Source of the DNA: an uncultured Ectothiorhodospiraceae bacterium
Lineage (GTDB): Bacteria; Pseudomonadota; Gammaproteobacteria; JAABTG01
NCBI GenBank assembly: GCA_964439835.1
Contig: CAYTPQ010000006.1
Coordinates: forward strand, 30,408-94,407
DNA length: 64,000 nucleotides
Reading direction: 5' to 3'
The position numbers and the translations under genes were made by a program. Below are positions 13,776-23,506 of the stretch, in pieces (position 1 is the first letter of the stretch; each line of letters begins with the position of its first letter). The notes under the pieces were generated by a model, which was not told the DNA's origin, did no database searches, and worked only from the letters and a program-made list of their open reading frames with translations.

Positions 13776-14039
13776 ATGGACGAGATCGTGATCACGCTGT
13801 CGCAGCTGCGCGGCATGATCGGGCTGCGCGTCCGGTACCAGGACGCGGAGTGGCAGGTGATCGAGGTCCTGGAGGACGGGCCGGCCCTGGTCCTGGAGGA
13901 CGTCGAGCACTCCCGGGTCCCGCAGGCGGACCAGTACGGCGAGGCCTTCCGCTGGGTGCCCCACCGGGTCACCGTCACCGTGCTCGAGCGCGACCACCGC
14001 GAGCTGCATCCGGACTTCCTCGCCCTGGATCTGCTCTAG
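13776..14039 (+). CDS. Hypothetical small protein (87 aa)
   Basis: ATG preceded by an AGGGGGAG ribosome-binding site. It overlaps the kdsB 3' extension on the opposite strand. I do not recognise any domain, so it may be spurious. Confidence 0.3.
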   Translation: MDEIVITLSQLRGMIGLRVRYQDAEWQVIEVLEDGPALVLEDVEHSRVPQADQYGEAFRWVPHRVTVTVLERDHRELHPDFLALDLL

Positions 14040-14796
14040 CGGGCAGGACCGCCCGGACCCGCTCCAGGTCCTCTGGCGTGTCGACCCCCACACCGGGCGG
14101 CTCGAGCGCGGGCGTGACGTGGATCCGCACGCCCGTGGCGAGGGCCCGCAGCTGCTCCAGGGATTCCGCGCTCTCGATCGCAACGGGGGGCTCGGCCGCG
14201 ATGCGGCGCAGAACCCCTGCCCGGTAGGCGTACAGGCCGATGTGGCGCAGGTACGGCACCCCCGCGGGAAGCTCCTCAGCAGGCTCGCGGAACCCCTCCC
14301 GGTGCCAAGGGATTGGGGCGCGGCTGAAGTAGAGGGCGAAGCCTTCCCGGTCCAGCACCACCTTGACCACGTTCGGGTCGAAGACCTCGGCCGGGCTCGA
14401 GAGCGGCGTGCAGAGCGTGGCAATTCCCGCCGCTGGCCACGCCTCCAGGTCCTCAGCCGCCTGGCGGACCAGGCGGGGCGGCAACAACGGCTCGTCCGCC
14501 TGGACGTTGACGACGATCTGATCGGCGGGGAAGCTGCGGACCTCGGAGACCTCGGCGATCCGCTCTGTCCCGGACCGATGGTGCGTGCCGGTCATCTGCA
14601 CGTCCGCCCCGAATCCCCGGCAGACCCGGGCGACCTCGGCGTCGTCGGTCGCGACGACGACCGCCGACGCGCCGCTCGCCAGGGCACGCTCGTAAACGTG
14701 CCGAACCATCGGCCGGCCGCCGATCTCGAGCAGGACCTTGCCCGGCAGCCGGCTAGAGCCGAGGCGCGCCGGGATGACCGCCGTGAACGCCAGCAC
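13975..14796 (-). CDS. kdsB: 3-deoxy-manno-octulosonate cytidylyltransferase (CMP-KDO synthetase)
   Basis: IPARLGSSRLPGKVL N-terminus followed by an NTP-transferase fold. There is a C-terminal Arg/Ala-rich extension of about 20 aa beyond the usual end (…DTPEDLERVRAVL). Confidence 0.85.
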   Translation of the reverse strand: MLAFTAVIPARLGSSRLPGKVLLEIGGRPMVRHVYERALASGASAVVVATDDAEVARVCRGFGADVQMTGTHHRSGTERIAEVSEVRSFPADQIVVNVQADEPLLPPRLVRQAAEDLEAWPAAGIATLCTPLSSPAEVFDPNVVKVVLDREGFALYFSRAPIPWHREGFREPAEELPAGVPYLRHIGLYAYRAGVLRRIAAEPPVAIESAESLEQLRALATGVRIHVTPALEPPGVGVDTPEDLERVRAVLPARADPGRGSPDAARGGRARAR

Positions 14797-14799
14797 CGG

Positions 14800-14985
14800 C
14801 TACTCCCGTTGCTCGTCGGGCGCCAGGGTCCGCGCCTCCTCCTCCAGCATCACCGGGATGTCGTCGCGGATCGGGTAGCCCAGGCGGCAGCTATAGCACA
14901 CCAGCTCCGGCACGGCCTTGCGGTAGGTCAGCGGCCCCTTGCAGACCGGGCACACGAGGATCTCAAGCAGTTTCTTGTCCATCAC
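14800..14985 (-). CDS. ycaR: Trm112/YcaR (UPF0434) family small zinc-ribbon protein
   Basis: 61-aa product with CPVCKG...C..C. The conserved lpxK-ycaR-kdsB order supports the call. Confidence 0.8.
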   Translation of the reverse strand: MMDKKLLEILVCPVCKGPLTYRKAVPELVCYSCRLGYPIRDDIPVMLEEEARTLAPDEQRE

Positions 14986-16006
14986 GCCCTCCCATTCCCA
15001 GCAACCCCAGCAGCCTCTCCCCGAAGCCCTCGTCGAGCTCCGCCGTAACCGGCACGTACCAGGCCGGCCCTCGGGCCAGTCCGCGACACTTGACCGCGTC
15101 CTTCTCCGTCATCACCACCGGGCGGCCGTCGCCGAAGTCGAGGTCCCCCGCCCGGTAGGCGTAGTGGTCGGGGAACGGATGTTCGATGACGCCGACGCCA
15201 TTCCCGCGCAGCAGCTCGAAGAACCCGGCGGGGTTGCCCACCCCCGCCACCGCGTGGACCGGCTGCGCCGCGAGTGCCGTAAAGCTCGTCTCGACGGCCT
15301 CGTCGTCCACGCCGCGCGGCGAGCCCGCGCGGTAGCGCATGCCGAGCTCGCCAGCCCGCGGCGTCCCGCGGGCGACGACGAAGTCGACCTGCCCCAGGCG
15401 GCCGGACCTCTCCCGTAACGGCCCTGCGGGCAGGCAGCGGCCGTTGCCGAGCCGGCGTGCCCCGTCGACCACCGCCACCTCGACGTCCCGGGCCAGGGCC
15501 AGGGCCTGCAGACCGTCGTCACACACAATCACGTCGCAAGGCCCGAGCGCGAGCAGGCGACGGGCGGCAGTGACGCGGTCCGGCCCCGCCACCACCGGGC
15601 AGCCGCTGCGGCGCGCAAGCAGCACCGGTTCGTCGCCAACCTCCGACGGGTCGCTCACCGGCCCGACCACCCGGGGCCACTGGCGTGCCCGGCCGCGGTA
15701 GCCCCGGGCCAGGATTCCCGCTCGCAGGCCGCGAGCCCGCAGGAGTTCCGCGATCCAGAGCACCAGCGGGGTCTTGCCCGTGCCGCCTGCCGTCAGGTTA
15801 CCCACCACGACCACCGGCACCGGCAGCCGCACTGACTTCCTCACGCCGCTGCGGTACACCCACCGGCGCAGGGCCGCGCCGGCGCAGAAGACCCAACCGA
15901 GTGGCGCGAGGGCGACGCCGAGCGGGTGCGCGCCGTACCAGACCCGGTCCGCCCACTGGTGGACGATGCGACCGCGGTTCCAGGCCGACCCGGCGCCGGC
16001 TCTCAA
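14963..16006 (-). CDS. lpxK: Tetraacyldisaccharide 4'-kinase
   Basis: P-loop [12 protein letters not shown]. The start is uncertain. I chose the TTG at about 16006 so that the gene does not overlap exbD. The ORF track extends about 62 aa further upstream. Confidence 0.8.
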   Translation of the reverse strand: MRAGAGSAWNRGRIVHQWADRVWYGAHPLGVALAPLGWVFCAGAALRRWVYRSGVRKSVRLPVPVVVVGNLTAGGTGKTPLVLWIAELLRARGLRAGILARGYRGRARQWPRVVGPVSDPSEVGDEPVLLARRSGCPVVAGPDRVTAARRLLALGPCDVIVCDDGLQALALARDVEVAVVDGARRLGNGRCLPAGPLRERSGRLGQVDFVVARGTPRAGELGMRYRAGSPRGVDDEAVETSFTALAAQPVHAVAGVGNPAGFFELLRGNGVGVIEHPFPDHYAYRAGDLDFGDGRPVVMTEKDAVKCRGLARGPAWYVPVTAELDEGFGERLLGLLGMGGRDGQETA

Positions 16007-16022
16007 GGGGGCGGGGTGCCGG

Positions 16023-16454
16023 TCAGCGGTCACCCTCGTTGGCGCGCTGGGCAGTCGCGAACGTGAGCCGGGTGAAGCCGACCTGGCGGGCGGCGTCGAG
16101 CGCCGTGATGACCGCCTGGTGGGGCGTGCGGGCGTCGGCGCTGAGGACCACCGGCGGGGCCACCCGACCGCCCGCGGCGTCGACCAGGCCACGCTTGAGG
16201 GTCTCGATCTGCGTGTTCACCAGCTCCCGCCCCGCGACGTAGTACCGGCCCTGGGCGTCCACCGCGACTTCAATCGCCTCCTCCGGCTTCTCGCGCGGCT
16301 CGGCGCTCGACTCCGGCAGGCTGATCTCCAGGGGCGCCAGGCGGCTGAAGGTGGTGGTCACCATGAAGAAGATGACCAGAGAGAGCACCACGTCGATCAG
16401 CGAGATCAGGACGATCTCGGGCGTCTCGTCACTGCGGTGGTGGCGAAGCTTCAA
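16023..16454 (-). CDS. exbD: ExbD/TolR-family biopolymer transport protein
   Basis: 143-aa product with a single N-terminal TM helix and a periplasmic ExbD fold. Confidence 0.8.
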   Translation of the reverse strand: MKLRHHRSDETPEIVLISLIDVVLSLVIFFMVTTTFSRLAPLEISLPESSAEPREKPEEAIEVAVDAQGRYYVAGRELVNTQIETLKRGLVDAAGGRVAPPVVLSADARTPHQAVITALDAARQVGFTRLTFATAQRANEGDR

Positions 16455-17083
16455 AGGGCGAAGCCCTCGCCGTCGCGCTCGCGTTGCCCCTGCATCACCT
16501 CCACGAGCTTCATCGCCTCGTGTTCCATCACGAGCACGAGCTCATCGACGCGCCCGCGCAGGTAGCGGTAGAAGATCACACTCGGGATGGCGACCAGCAG
16601 CCCGGCGGCCGTGGTGATCAGGGCCTCGCCGATGCCGCCGGCCAGCGCCGACGGGTCTCCGACGCCCTTCAGGGTCATCACGTTGAAGACCCGGATCATG
16701 CCGAAGACCGTGCCGAGCAGACCGAGGAGCGGCGAAATCGACGCGATGGTCCCGAGCGTGTTCAGATAGCGCTCGAGCTGGTGGACCACCAGGCGCCCGA
16801 CGTCTTCGATGCTCTCCTGCATCACCGCGCGGCCGTGGTGCCGGTTCAGGATCCCCGTCGCCAGCAGGCGGCCGAGCGGCGAGCCCTCGCGCAGCGACTG
16901 GATGCGCTTGGCGTCGAGCTTGCCCTCTCGCGCCCACTGCCAGACCTGCAGCACCAGGCCGGGGGGCGCGATGCGCGGGCGACGCAGGGTCCACAGACGC
17001 TCGATGATGATGGCCAACGCCAGCACCGAGGAAAGCAGGATGGGCCACATGACCCAGCCACCCGCCTTCACGATCTCGTACAC
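16451..17083 (-). CDS. exbB: ExbB/TolQ/MotA-family proton channel protein
   Basis: GTG start at VYEIVKAGGWVMWPILL, preceded by a GGGGAGGGG ribosome-binding site. Three TM helices are predicted. The ORF track 5' extension is antisense junk. Confidence 0.8.
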   Translation of the reverse strand: MYEIVKAGGWVMWPILLSSVLALAIIIERLWTLRRPRIAPPGLVLQVWQWAREGKLDAKRIQSLREGSPLGRLLATGILNRHHGRAVMQESIEDVGRLVVHQLERYLNTLGTIASISPLLGLLGTVFGMIRVFNVMTLKGVGDPSALAGGIGEALITTAAGLLVAIPSVIFYRYLRGRVDELVLVMEHEAMKLVEVMQGQRERDGEGFAL

Positions 17084-17152
17084 GGGACCCCTCCCCTCGC
17101 CAAACTGGCGCGTAACTCTAGCACCGAGCCCCGGGGCCGGGGAGCCCGTGCC

Positions 17153-18235
17153 GTGAGTCGCCACCTGCTGGTCGACGTGTCCGGCCACGGCTTCGGACAC
17201 CTGGCCCAGGTCGCGCCGGTGCTGAACGCGCTGCGCTCTCGGCAGCCGGGGCTGCGCCTGACGGTCCGCACCGAGATACCCGCCGAGGTCGTCCGCCTGC
17301 GCGTGGCGGGCGATCTCACCGTGCTGAACCAGACGGTCGACGTCGGGCTCGCCATGCACTCGGCCTTCGAGGTGGACGTGCCCGAGAGCCTTGCCCGCTA
17401 CCGGGCCTTCCACGCCGACTGGCGGCACCACGTCGAGCGCGCCGCCGCCGAGACGGCCGCGCTCGTCCCTGACCTGCTGCTGGCCGACGTGCCCTACCGG
17501 AGCCTGGCGGCCGCCGCGCGACTTGGCGTGCCCGCGCTCGCGCTCTGCTCGCTGAACTGGGCAGACATCTTCGATCGCTACTGCGGGGCCGAGCCGGGTT
17601 CCGCGGAGCTCGTCGCGACCATGCGCGAGGCGTACGGGCAAGCCGCGGCCTTTCTGCGGGCCGAGCCCGCCATGCCGATGTCCGACCTGGCCAATCGGGC
17701 CGCGGTCGGACCGATTGCGGCGCTCGGTCGACGGCGCCGGGAGGAGATCGAGGCGCGCCTCGGCCTCGCTCGCGACGACCGCCTGGTGCTGGTCGGCCTG
17801 GGTGGCGTGGAGACCCGCCTGCCGCTCGGGCGCTGGCCGCGAATGGCCGGGGTGCGTTGGCTGGTGCCCGCCTCCTGGGACGGCGGGCGCGAGGACCTGG
17901 TCCCGCTGGAGACCCTAGGTATGCCGTTCCTCGACCTCCTCGGCTCCTGCGACCTGCTCCTGACCAAGACCGGTTACGGCAGCTTCGTCGAGGCGGCCTG
18001 TGCTGGGGTCCGGGTGCTGAACGTGCGCCGGCCGGACTGGCCCGAGGAGCCCTACCTCCTCGACTGGCTCGAGCGCCACGCCACCTGCCGGACTGTCGAC
18101 CGGCAGGCCATCGTGAACGGAGACTTTCTCCAGACAGCCGAGGGGCTGCTGGACGAGCCTCCCCACCCCCCCTTCGTCCCGTCGGGCGTCACCGAGGCGG
18201 TCGACCGGATCGAAGAGCTCCTCGGTTCGGCGTGA
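17153..18235 (+). CDS. Putative GT-B fold glycosyltransferase (MurG/UGT-like)
   Basis: GTG start with a GGGGAG ribosome-binding site. The N-terminus has the Gly-rich loop VDVSGHGFGHL, and the C-terminus has LLTKTGYGSFVEAACAGVRVL, which resembles the GT-B donor-binding region. The gene is divergent from exbB. Confidence 0.5.
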   Translation: MSRHLLVDVSGHGFGHLAQVAPVLNALRSRQPGLRLTVRTEIPAEVVRLRVAGDLTVLNQTVDVGLAMHSAFEVDVPESLARYRAFHADWRHHVERAAAETAALVPDLLLADVPYRSLAAAARLGVPALALCSLNWADIFDRYCGAEPGSAELVATMREAYGQAAAFLRAEPAMPMSDLANRAAVGPIAALGRRRREEIEARLGLARDDRLVLVGLGGVETRLPLGRWPRMAGVRWLVPASWDGGREDLVPLETLGMPFLDLLGSCDLLLTKTGYGSFVEAACAGVRVLNVRRPDWPEEPYLLDWLERHATCRTVDRQAIVNGDFLQTAEGLLDEPPHPPFVPSGVTEAVDRIEELLGSA

Positions 18236-18519
18236 GCGAGCACTTTGGGGGTGGGCGGGTCCCCGGGGTGGCCCCGCGGGACACGCCGCAAGTACATCCC
18301 TGTAGGCTCGTCTGCCGCCTTGCTCGGGCGGGCTGTCCTGCCCGCCCGGCAAGCCCGGGGTTGGCCCTCCGAGGCCAACCCGTCCGGCGGGGCTGCTGTC
18401 CACTGGACAGCAGCCGGTTTCCGCCGGACCCCTGGCGTCAGACGGTCCCGCGAAACCACCCCGGGGACCCGCGGCGAGGCTAGCGGGCAGTATCCCTGGG
18501 GACACCCGTGCTGGGCGCT

Positions 18520-20811
18520 TCAGTCAGAACCCAGTGGCGTGTGCCAGAAGCGCCGGTGCTCCGCGCGGTAGTGTCGGACCGCGACGCCCCCCTCCCGGTC
18601 CAACCGCACCTGTATCGCGCCCGTTCGAGCGGTGTCGTGGACCTCAGCCCCCGCTGCCCGGTACCGGGCCAGCACCTGAGGGGAGGGGAAGCGGAAGCGG
18701 TTGCGGTAGCCGGTGGCGAACAGGGCGTGGCGAGGCGCCACGGCCGCGACGAAGGCGGGCGAGGAGGCCCCGCGGCTGCCGTGGTGGGGGACCACCAGCA
18801 CCTCGGCCCTCAGACCGGCGTCGGCCGCGACCAGCTCGGCCTCGGCGCGTGCCTCGATGTCCCCCGGCAGGAGCAGGGCCCCGCCCGTAGTCTCCACGCG
18901 CAGGACGCAGGAGGCGTCGTTGCCCGCGCGGCCGGAGCCCTCCGGCGGGTGCAGGACCCGAAACCGCACGCCGTCCCAGGTCCAGCCCTCCCCGGCGGCG
19001 CACCCCTGGTCCGCCTCCCGCCCCGGCGCCGGACTCCCCCGCAGGTCGAGAACGCGAGCTCCCCGCAGCACCGAGGCCGCGCCGCCGGTGTGGTCCGAGT
19101 CGGGGTGGCTCAGGAGGAGTACGTCGACCGGGTCCAGACCCTGACGGCGCAGGAATGGCAGGACGACGGTACTGCCGGCGTCGCGCCCCGGGCCGTAGGG
19201 GGGCCCCGCGTCGTAGACCAGGACGTGGCGGGCGGTCTGAACCACGGCCGCCAGCCCCTGCCCGACGTCGAGCAGGGTGAGCCAGGCGTCCCCGTTCGCG
19301 GGCCGAGGCACGGAGGGGAACAGCAACGGCAAGAGGCCGAGGAGCCCGACCCACCGCCCCGGTACCCCGCGCGGGAGCAGGGCCACGAACACCCCGAGGC
19401 CGGCCGCCGCCAACGCTGCAGCGCCCGGGTCGATTGGCCCGCGGTAGGTCCAGTCCAGCGCCGCCAGCGCGGTCAGGACCGGCCAGAGGCCGTCCATCGC
19501 CAGCGCGCTGACACGGAGGACGGCCTCACCCGCGGCCGGCCAGACGAAGAGGACCAGCGAGCCGCCGAGGGCCGCGGGCACCACCACGACACCCACCCAG
19601 GGCACCGCGACGGCGTTCGCGACCGGGCCGAGCCAGGGGTTCTCGCCGAAGACTGCGAGGGTGACCGGGAGCAGACCCAGGGCGACCAGCAGGTGGGGCC
19701 TCCCCCAGCGGTGCCAGGGCCCCCGATGGTAGCCCCGTTCGGTCGAGACCAGGAGCAGCACGCCTACGGCCAGGAACGAGAGCCAGAACCCCGGTGCGAG
19801 CGGCGACAGGGGGTCGGTGATGGTCACGGCCAGGAGGGCCAACGCGAGGGCGTGGGTCGCCGACAACCGACCTCGCCAGGTGCGCGTCAGCAGCACGACC
19901 CCTGCCATGACGACTGCGCGCTGGGTAGGCACCGAGAGCCCCGCGAGCGCGGCGTACCCCGCCGCCGCCAGGAGGGCGCAGACCGCCGCGACCCGCGGCG
20001 CGGCTATCCACAGGGCGGCCGACCCCGCCGCCGCCCAGAGCCAGCGCGACGCCGCGTACGCCAGCGCGGCCACCAGCACGACGTGCGAGCCCGAGATCGC
20101 CATCAGGTGCGTGGTGCCGGTCGCGCGGAAGACCTCCCATTGGCGAGGCGATACGTCGCCGGTCAGGCCGACGACCAGCCCCTTCACCACGCCCCGCTGC
20201 GGGTGCTCGCCGAGCGCCCGGTCGATGCGGGCCGCCAGCTCTCCCCGCAAGCGGTTCACGGGTGCGCCGGCGGGTGCCGCCAGCCGGCCGTCCCCGGCGC
20301 CCGGCCGCACATAGCCGGTCGCCCGCAGCCCGCGCAGCAGCAGCCAGGCCTCGTAGTCGAAGCCGCCCGGGTTGGAGAGGCCCTTGGGCCGGCGCAGCCG
20401 GGCAGTGAGCCGCCAGCGCTCGCCGGCGGCCAGCGCCGGGGCCGGGTCGTACCAGTCGAGCCGCACGCGCGCCGGGAGCTGCCAGGCCCCGTCGCCGCCT
20501 TCGACCTGCGTCACCCGCAGCTCGAACCGAAGGGCGCGGTCCTCGCGCTCCGGGACGCTCGCGATGGTGCCGACCAGGGTGAGGTCCCGTGCCTCCAGGT
20601 CCGGGGGCAGGCCGCCCGACAGGCTCAGATCGGCGCGAAAGACGCCCCACAGGAAGCCCGCGACCGCAAGGGCCGGCAGACGGGCGTCCCGACTTGCCGC
20701 GGCCAGCGCGAGAGCGGCGGGCGTCAGCAGCGCCAGGCGCGGGTCAGGCAGCTCGGCGAGCTGCAAGACCAGCAGCACGCCGGCGAAGAAGGCGAGGGTC
20801 CCGGTGCGCAC
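18520..20811 (-). CDS. comEC: DNA internalization-related competence protein ComEC/Rec2
   Basis: 763-aa product with a DUF4131 region, a competence polytopic membrane domain, and a C-terminal metallo-beta-lactamase domain (LLSHPDSDHTGG). Confidence 0.85.
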   Translation of the reverse strand: MRTGTLAFFAGVLLVLQLAELPDPRLALLTPAALALAAASRDARLPALAVAGFLWGVFRADLSLSGGLPPDLEARDLTLVGTIASVPEREDRALRFELRVTQVEGGDGAWQLPARVRLDWYDPAPALAAGERWRLTARLRRPKGLSNPGGFDYEAWLLLRGLRATGYVRPGAGDGRLAAPAGAPVNRLRGELAARIDRALGEHPQRGVVKGLVVGLTGDVSPRQWEVFRATGTTHLMAISGSHVVLVAALAYAASRWLWAAAGSAALWIAAPRVAAVCALLAAAGYAALAGLSVPTQRAVVMAGVVLLTRTWRGRLSATHALALALLAVTITDPLSPLAPGFWLSFLAVGVLLLVSTERGYHRGPWHRWGRPHLLVALGLLPVTLAVFGENPWLGPVANAVAVPWVGVVVVPAALGGSLVLFVWPAAGEAVLRVSALAMDGLWPVLTALAALDWTYRGPIDPGAAALAAAGLGVFVALLPRGVPGRWVGLLGLLPLLFPSVPRPANGDAWLTLLDVGQGLAAVVQTARHVLVYDAGPPYGPGRDAGSTVVLPFLRRQGLDPVDVLLLSHPDSDHTGGAASVLRGARVLDLRGSPAPGREADQGCAAGEGWTWDGVRFRVLHPPEGSGRAGNDASCVLRVETTGGALLLPGDIEARAEAELVAADAGLRAEVLVVPHHGSRGASSPAFVAAVAPRHALFATGYRNRFRFPSPQVLARYRAAGAEVHDTARTGAIQVRLDREGGVAVRHYRAEHRRFWHTPLGSD

Positions 20812-20923
20812 GCGTCCCTGCGTCGCGGTGACGGGCGGCGTCGGCCGCCGCTAGAATTCCGGCGCCCTGCCGCGAGTCGACGGTTGACCGCCGCTCGCGG
20901 CCTCTCATCCCTGTGGCGCCCTG

Positions 20924-21511
20924 ATGCCCCGAAAGCTTATCAAACGCTGGCTCCCCGACCAACGTCACTTTCGTGAGCACCAGCACCTGCGCCGTCTGGG
21001 GAGCTGGATGCATCCGGCCGACCTCTGGCATATCAACCGCCGTTCTGCGTCCGGCGCCGTCGCCCTCGGCCTCTTCGTGGCGTGGGTCCCGGTCCCCTTC
21101 CAGATGCTGCTTTCGGCGCTGGGTGCAGTAGTGGCCAGGGTGAATCTGCCGATCGCGGTCGCCATGGTCTGGGTGACCAACCCGATCACGATGCCGCCGC
21201 TGTTCTGGTTCGCCTACGAGCTCGGCCTGCAGCTGCTCCGCCGGCCTGGCCTGCACCTGGAGTCGACGCCGACCCTTGGCTGGTTCGCCGAGGCCTTCGG
21301 GCAGATCTGGCAGCCGTTTCTGCTGGGTTGCCTGGTGCTCGGGATAGTTAGCGCGCTGATGGGCTACGCCGTCACCCGTCTACTCTGGCGCCTGCACGTC
21401 GTGCGCAGCTGGGAGGCCCGGACCAAGCGGCGTGGCGCCAACGGCGCCGCGTCGGCGCCACGACCCGAGCCCGTGCGAGCGGCTGCCGAACCGCCAGAGG
21501 CCGGCGAGTGA
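20924..21511 (+). CDS. DUF2062 domain membrane protein
   Basis: 195-aa product. The RWLPDQ...HINRRSASGAVALGLFVAWVPVPFQ pattern is typical of DUF2062, which is found between comEC and lolD. Confidence 0.7.
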   Translation: MPRKLIKRWLPDQRHFREHQHLRRLGSWMHPADLWHINRRSASGAVALGLFVAWVPVPFQMLLSALGAVVARVNLPIAVAMVWVTNPITMPPLFWFAYELGLQLLRRPGLHLESTPTLGWFAEAFGQIWQPFLLGCLVLGIVSALMGYAVTRLLWRLHVVRSWEARTKRRGANGAASAPRPEPVRAAAEPPEAGE

Positions 21512-21528
21512 GCAGGGGCTCGCGGCCT

Positions 21529-22233
21529 TCAGCCCGGTAGCCCTCCCTCCCCCTGCGCGTCCTCGATCCGGCCGTCCACCATGTGCAGGACCCGGTCGGT
21601 GCGCGCGGCCAGGGACTCGTCATGCGTGACGACCACCAAGCTGGTGCCCGACTCCCGGTTCAGTTCCAGCATCAGCTCGTAGACAGCCGCCGCAGTGCGC
21701 CGGTCCAGGTTACCGGTCGGCTCGTCGGCCAGGACCGCCCGCGGGGCGGTGACCAGGGCCCGGGCGATTGCCGCCCGCTGACGTTCCCCCCCGGAGAGCT
21801 CGCCGGGCTTGTGACGCAGCCGCTCGCCCAGCCCGACTCTACCCAGCATGTCGGCAGCCGCCTCGGTCGCCTCCGCCGGGGTCGCCCCGCGAATGAGGAG
21901 CGGCATCGCCACATTCTCGAGGGCGGTGAACTCAGGCAGCAGGTGGTGGAACTGGTAGACGAAGCCAAGCGCCCGGTTGCGCAGCCGGCCCCGCTCCACC
22001 TCGCTGAGCCTGGCCAGGTCCTGACCGTCGATCCAGACCTGGCCGCGGGTCGGGGTGTCGAGCCCGCCGAGCAGGTGCAGGAGGGTGCTCTTGCCGGCCC
22101 CGGAGCGCCCGACGATGGCCACCCGCTCGCCGGCGGCGATCGAGAGCTCGAGCCCCTTCAGGACCTGCACCGAGAGCCCGCCCTCGGTGAAGTCCCGGAC
22201 CAGGTCGCGGCAGGCGAGGACCGGCTCACTCAT
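21529..22233 (-). CDS. lolD: Lipoprotein-releasing system ATP-binding protein LolD
   Basis: ABC ATPase with Walker [10 protein letters not shown] and the LSGGERQR signature. Confidence 0.85.
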   Translation of the reverse strand: MSEPVLACRDLVRDFTEGGLSVQVLKGLELSIAAGERVAIVGRSGAGKSTLLHLLGGLDTPTRGQVWIDGQDLARLSEVERGRLRNRALGFVYQFHHLLPEFTALENVAMPLLIRGATPAEATEAAADMLGRVGLGERLRHKPGELSGGERQRAAIARALVTAPRAVLADEPTGNLDRRTAAAVYELMLELNRESGTSLVVVTHDESLAARTDRVLHMVDGRIEDAQGEGGLPG

Positions 22234-23473
22234 AGCGCAGGGCCTCCGCCGGCTGGGTGCGGGAGGCCCGCCAGGCTGGGTAGAGGGTCGCCGTCAGGCT
22301 CAGCCCCAGCGCGACCAGGGCGATCCGCACGACGTCCGCCCACTGCATGTCGGAGGGCAGGTCGCTGATGTAGTAGATGTCGGGCGACAGGAACTTGACC
22401 CGGAAAAGTTCCTCGATGCCGGCCACCACGGTCTCCACGTTGAGCGCGAGCGCCACCCCGCCGACCACGCCGAGGATGGTCCCCACAACGCCGATGATCG
22501 ACCCCTGCACCATGAACATCCCCATGATGCTGCGCGGGCTCGCCCCCAGCGTGCGCAGGATGGCGATGTCGGCCTTCTTGTCCGAGACCACCATGACCAG
22601 TGTGGAGACGATGTTGAACGCGGCGACTGCCACGATCAGGGTCAGGATCACGAACATCACCGTCTTCTCGGTACGCACCGCCCGGAAGAAATTGGCGTGC
22701 TGCTGGGTCCAGTCCGAGACCCAGTAGCGCCCGGGTAGCTGCGCGGCGACCTCGCGCGACACCCGCGGGGCGGCGAATAGGTCGTCGACCTTTAGGCGCA
22801 GCCCGCTCACCGCGTCCCCGAGGCCGAAGAGCTTCGCGGCGTCCTCCAGGTGCACGAGGGCTAGGCCCGCGTCGTACTCATACATCCCGACCTCGAAGAC
22901 ACCGACGACGGTGAAGCGCCGGAGGCGCGGCAGCACGCCCGCTGGCGTCACCCGGGCCTGGGGCGCCACGAGCGTCACACGGTCGCCAAGCCCAACCCCC
23001 AGGATCCGCGCCAGGTCCTTGCCGAGCAGGATGCCGAACGCCCCCGGCACCAGGTCCTCCAGGCGCCCCGAGCGCATGTGCGCGCCGACGTCCGAGACCT
23101 CGGGCTCGGTCGCCGGCAGGACGCCCCGGACGATGGTGCCGCGCACGGCGTCGCCTTCGGTGAGCATGCCCTCGGCCTGGACGTACGGGGCGAGGCCCAG
23201 GACCCGCGGGTGGCCCGCGATCTGGGCCGCCACCGCCTGCCAATTCTCGAGCCGGCCCTCGGGCCCGGAAACGGTGGCGTGCGAGGCCATCCCCAGGATC
23301 CGCTCGCGCAGCTCCTTCTCGAAGCCGTTCATCACCGACAGCACGGTGATGAGCGCGGTCACGCCGAGCGCGATCCCCAGCATGGAGGTCAGGCTGATGA
23401 AGGAGATGAAGTGGTTGCGCCGCTTGGCCCGCGTGTAGCGCAGCCCGACGAACAGCTCGAGGGGTTGGAACAT
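22226..23473 (-). CDS. lolC: Lipoprotein-releasing system permease LolC/LolE
   Basis: 415-aa FtsX-like permease with a MacB-type periplasmic domain. It overlaps lolD. Confidence 0.85.
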   Translation of the reverse strand: MFQPLELFVGLRYTRAKRRNHFISFISLTSMLGIALGVTALITVLSVMNGFEKELRERILGMASHATVSGPEGRLENWQAVAAQIAGHPRVLGLAPYVQAEGMLTEGDAVRGTIVRGVLPATEPEVSDVGAHMRSGRLEDLVPGAFGILLGKDLARILGVGLGDRVTLVAPQARVTPAGVLPRLRRFTVVGVFEVGMYEYDAGLALVHLEDAAKLFGLGDAVSGLRLKVDDLFAAPRVSREVAAQLPGRYWVSDWTQQHANFFRAVRTEKTVMFVILTLIVAVAAFNIVSTLVMVVSDKKADIAILRTLGASPRSIMGMFMVQGSIIGVVGTILGVVGGVALALNVETVVAGIEELFRVKFLSPDIYYISDLPSDMQWADVVRIALVALGLSLTATLYPAWRASRTQPAEALRYE

Positions 23474-23506
23474 GGTGCCTCTGGCTCGGGGTGCCCGCGG
23501 CGGATG

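Noticed and set aside
13020-14423. 467-aa minus-strand ORF spanning the phosphatase and kdsB region
   Set aside because: It overlaps two well-supported genes and is a low-complexity Arg/Ser/Pro-rich translation.
16007-16192. 62-aa N-terminal extension of lpxK
   Set aside because: It would overlap exbD. It is Ser/Arg/Pro-rich with no LpxK similarity.
16484-17152. 5' half of the 583-aa plus-strand ORF
   Set aside because: It is antisense to exbB. The real gene begins at the GTG at 17153, which has a ribosome-binding site.
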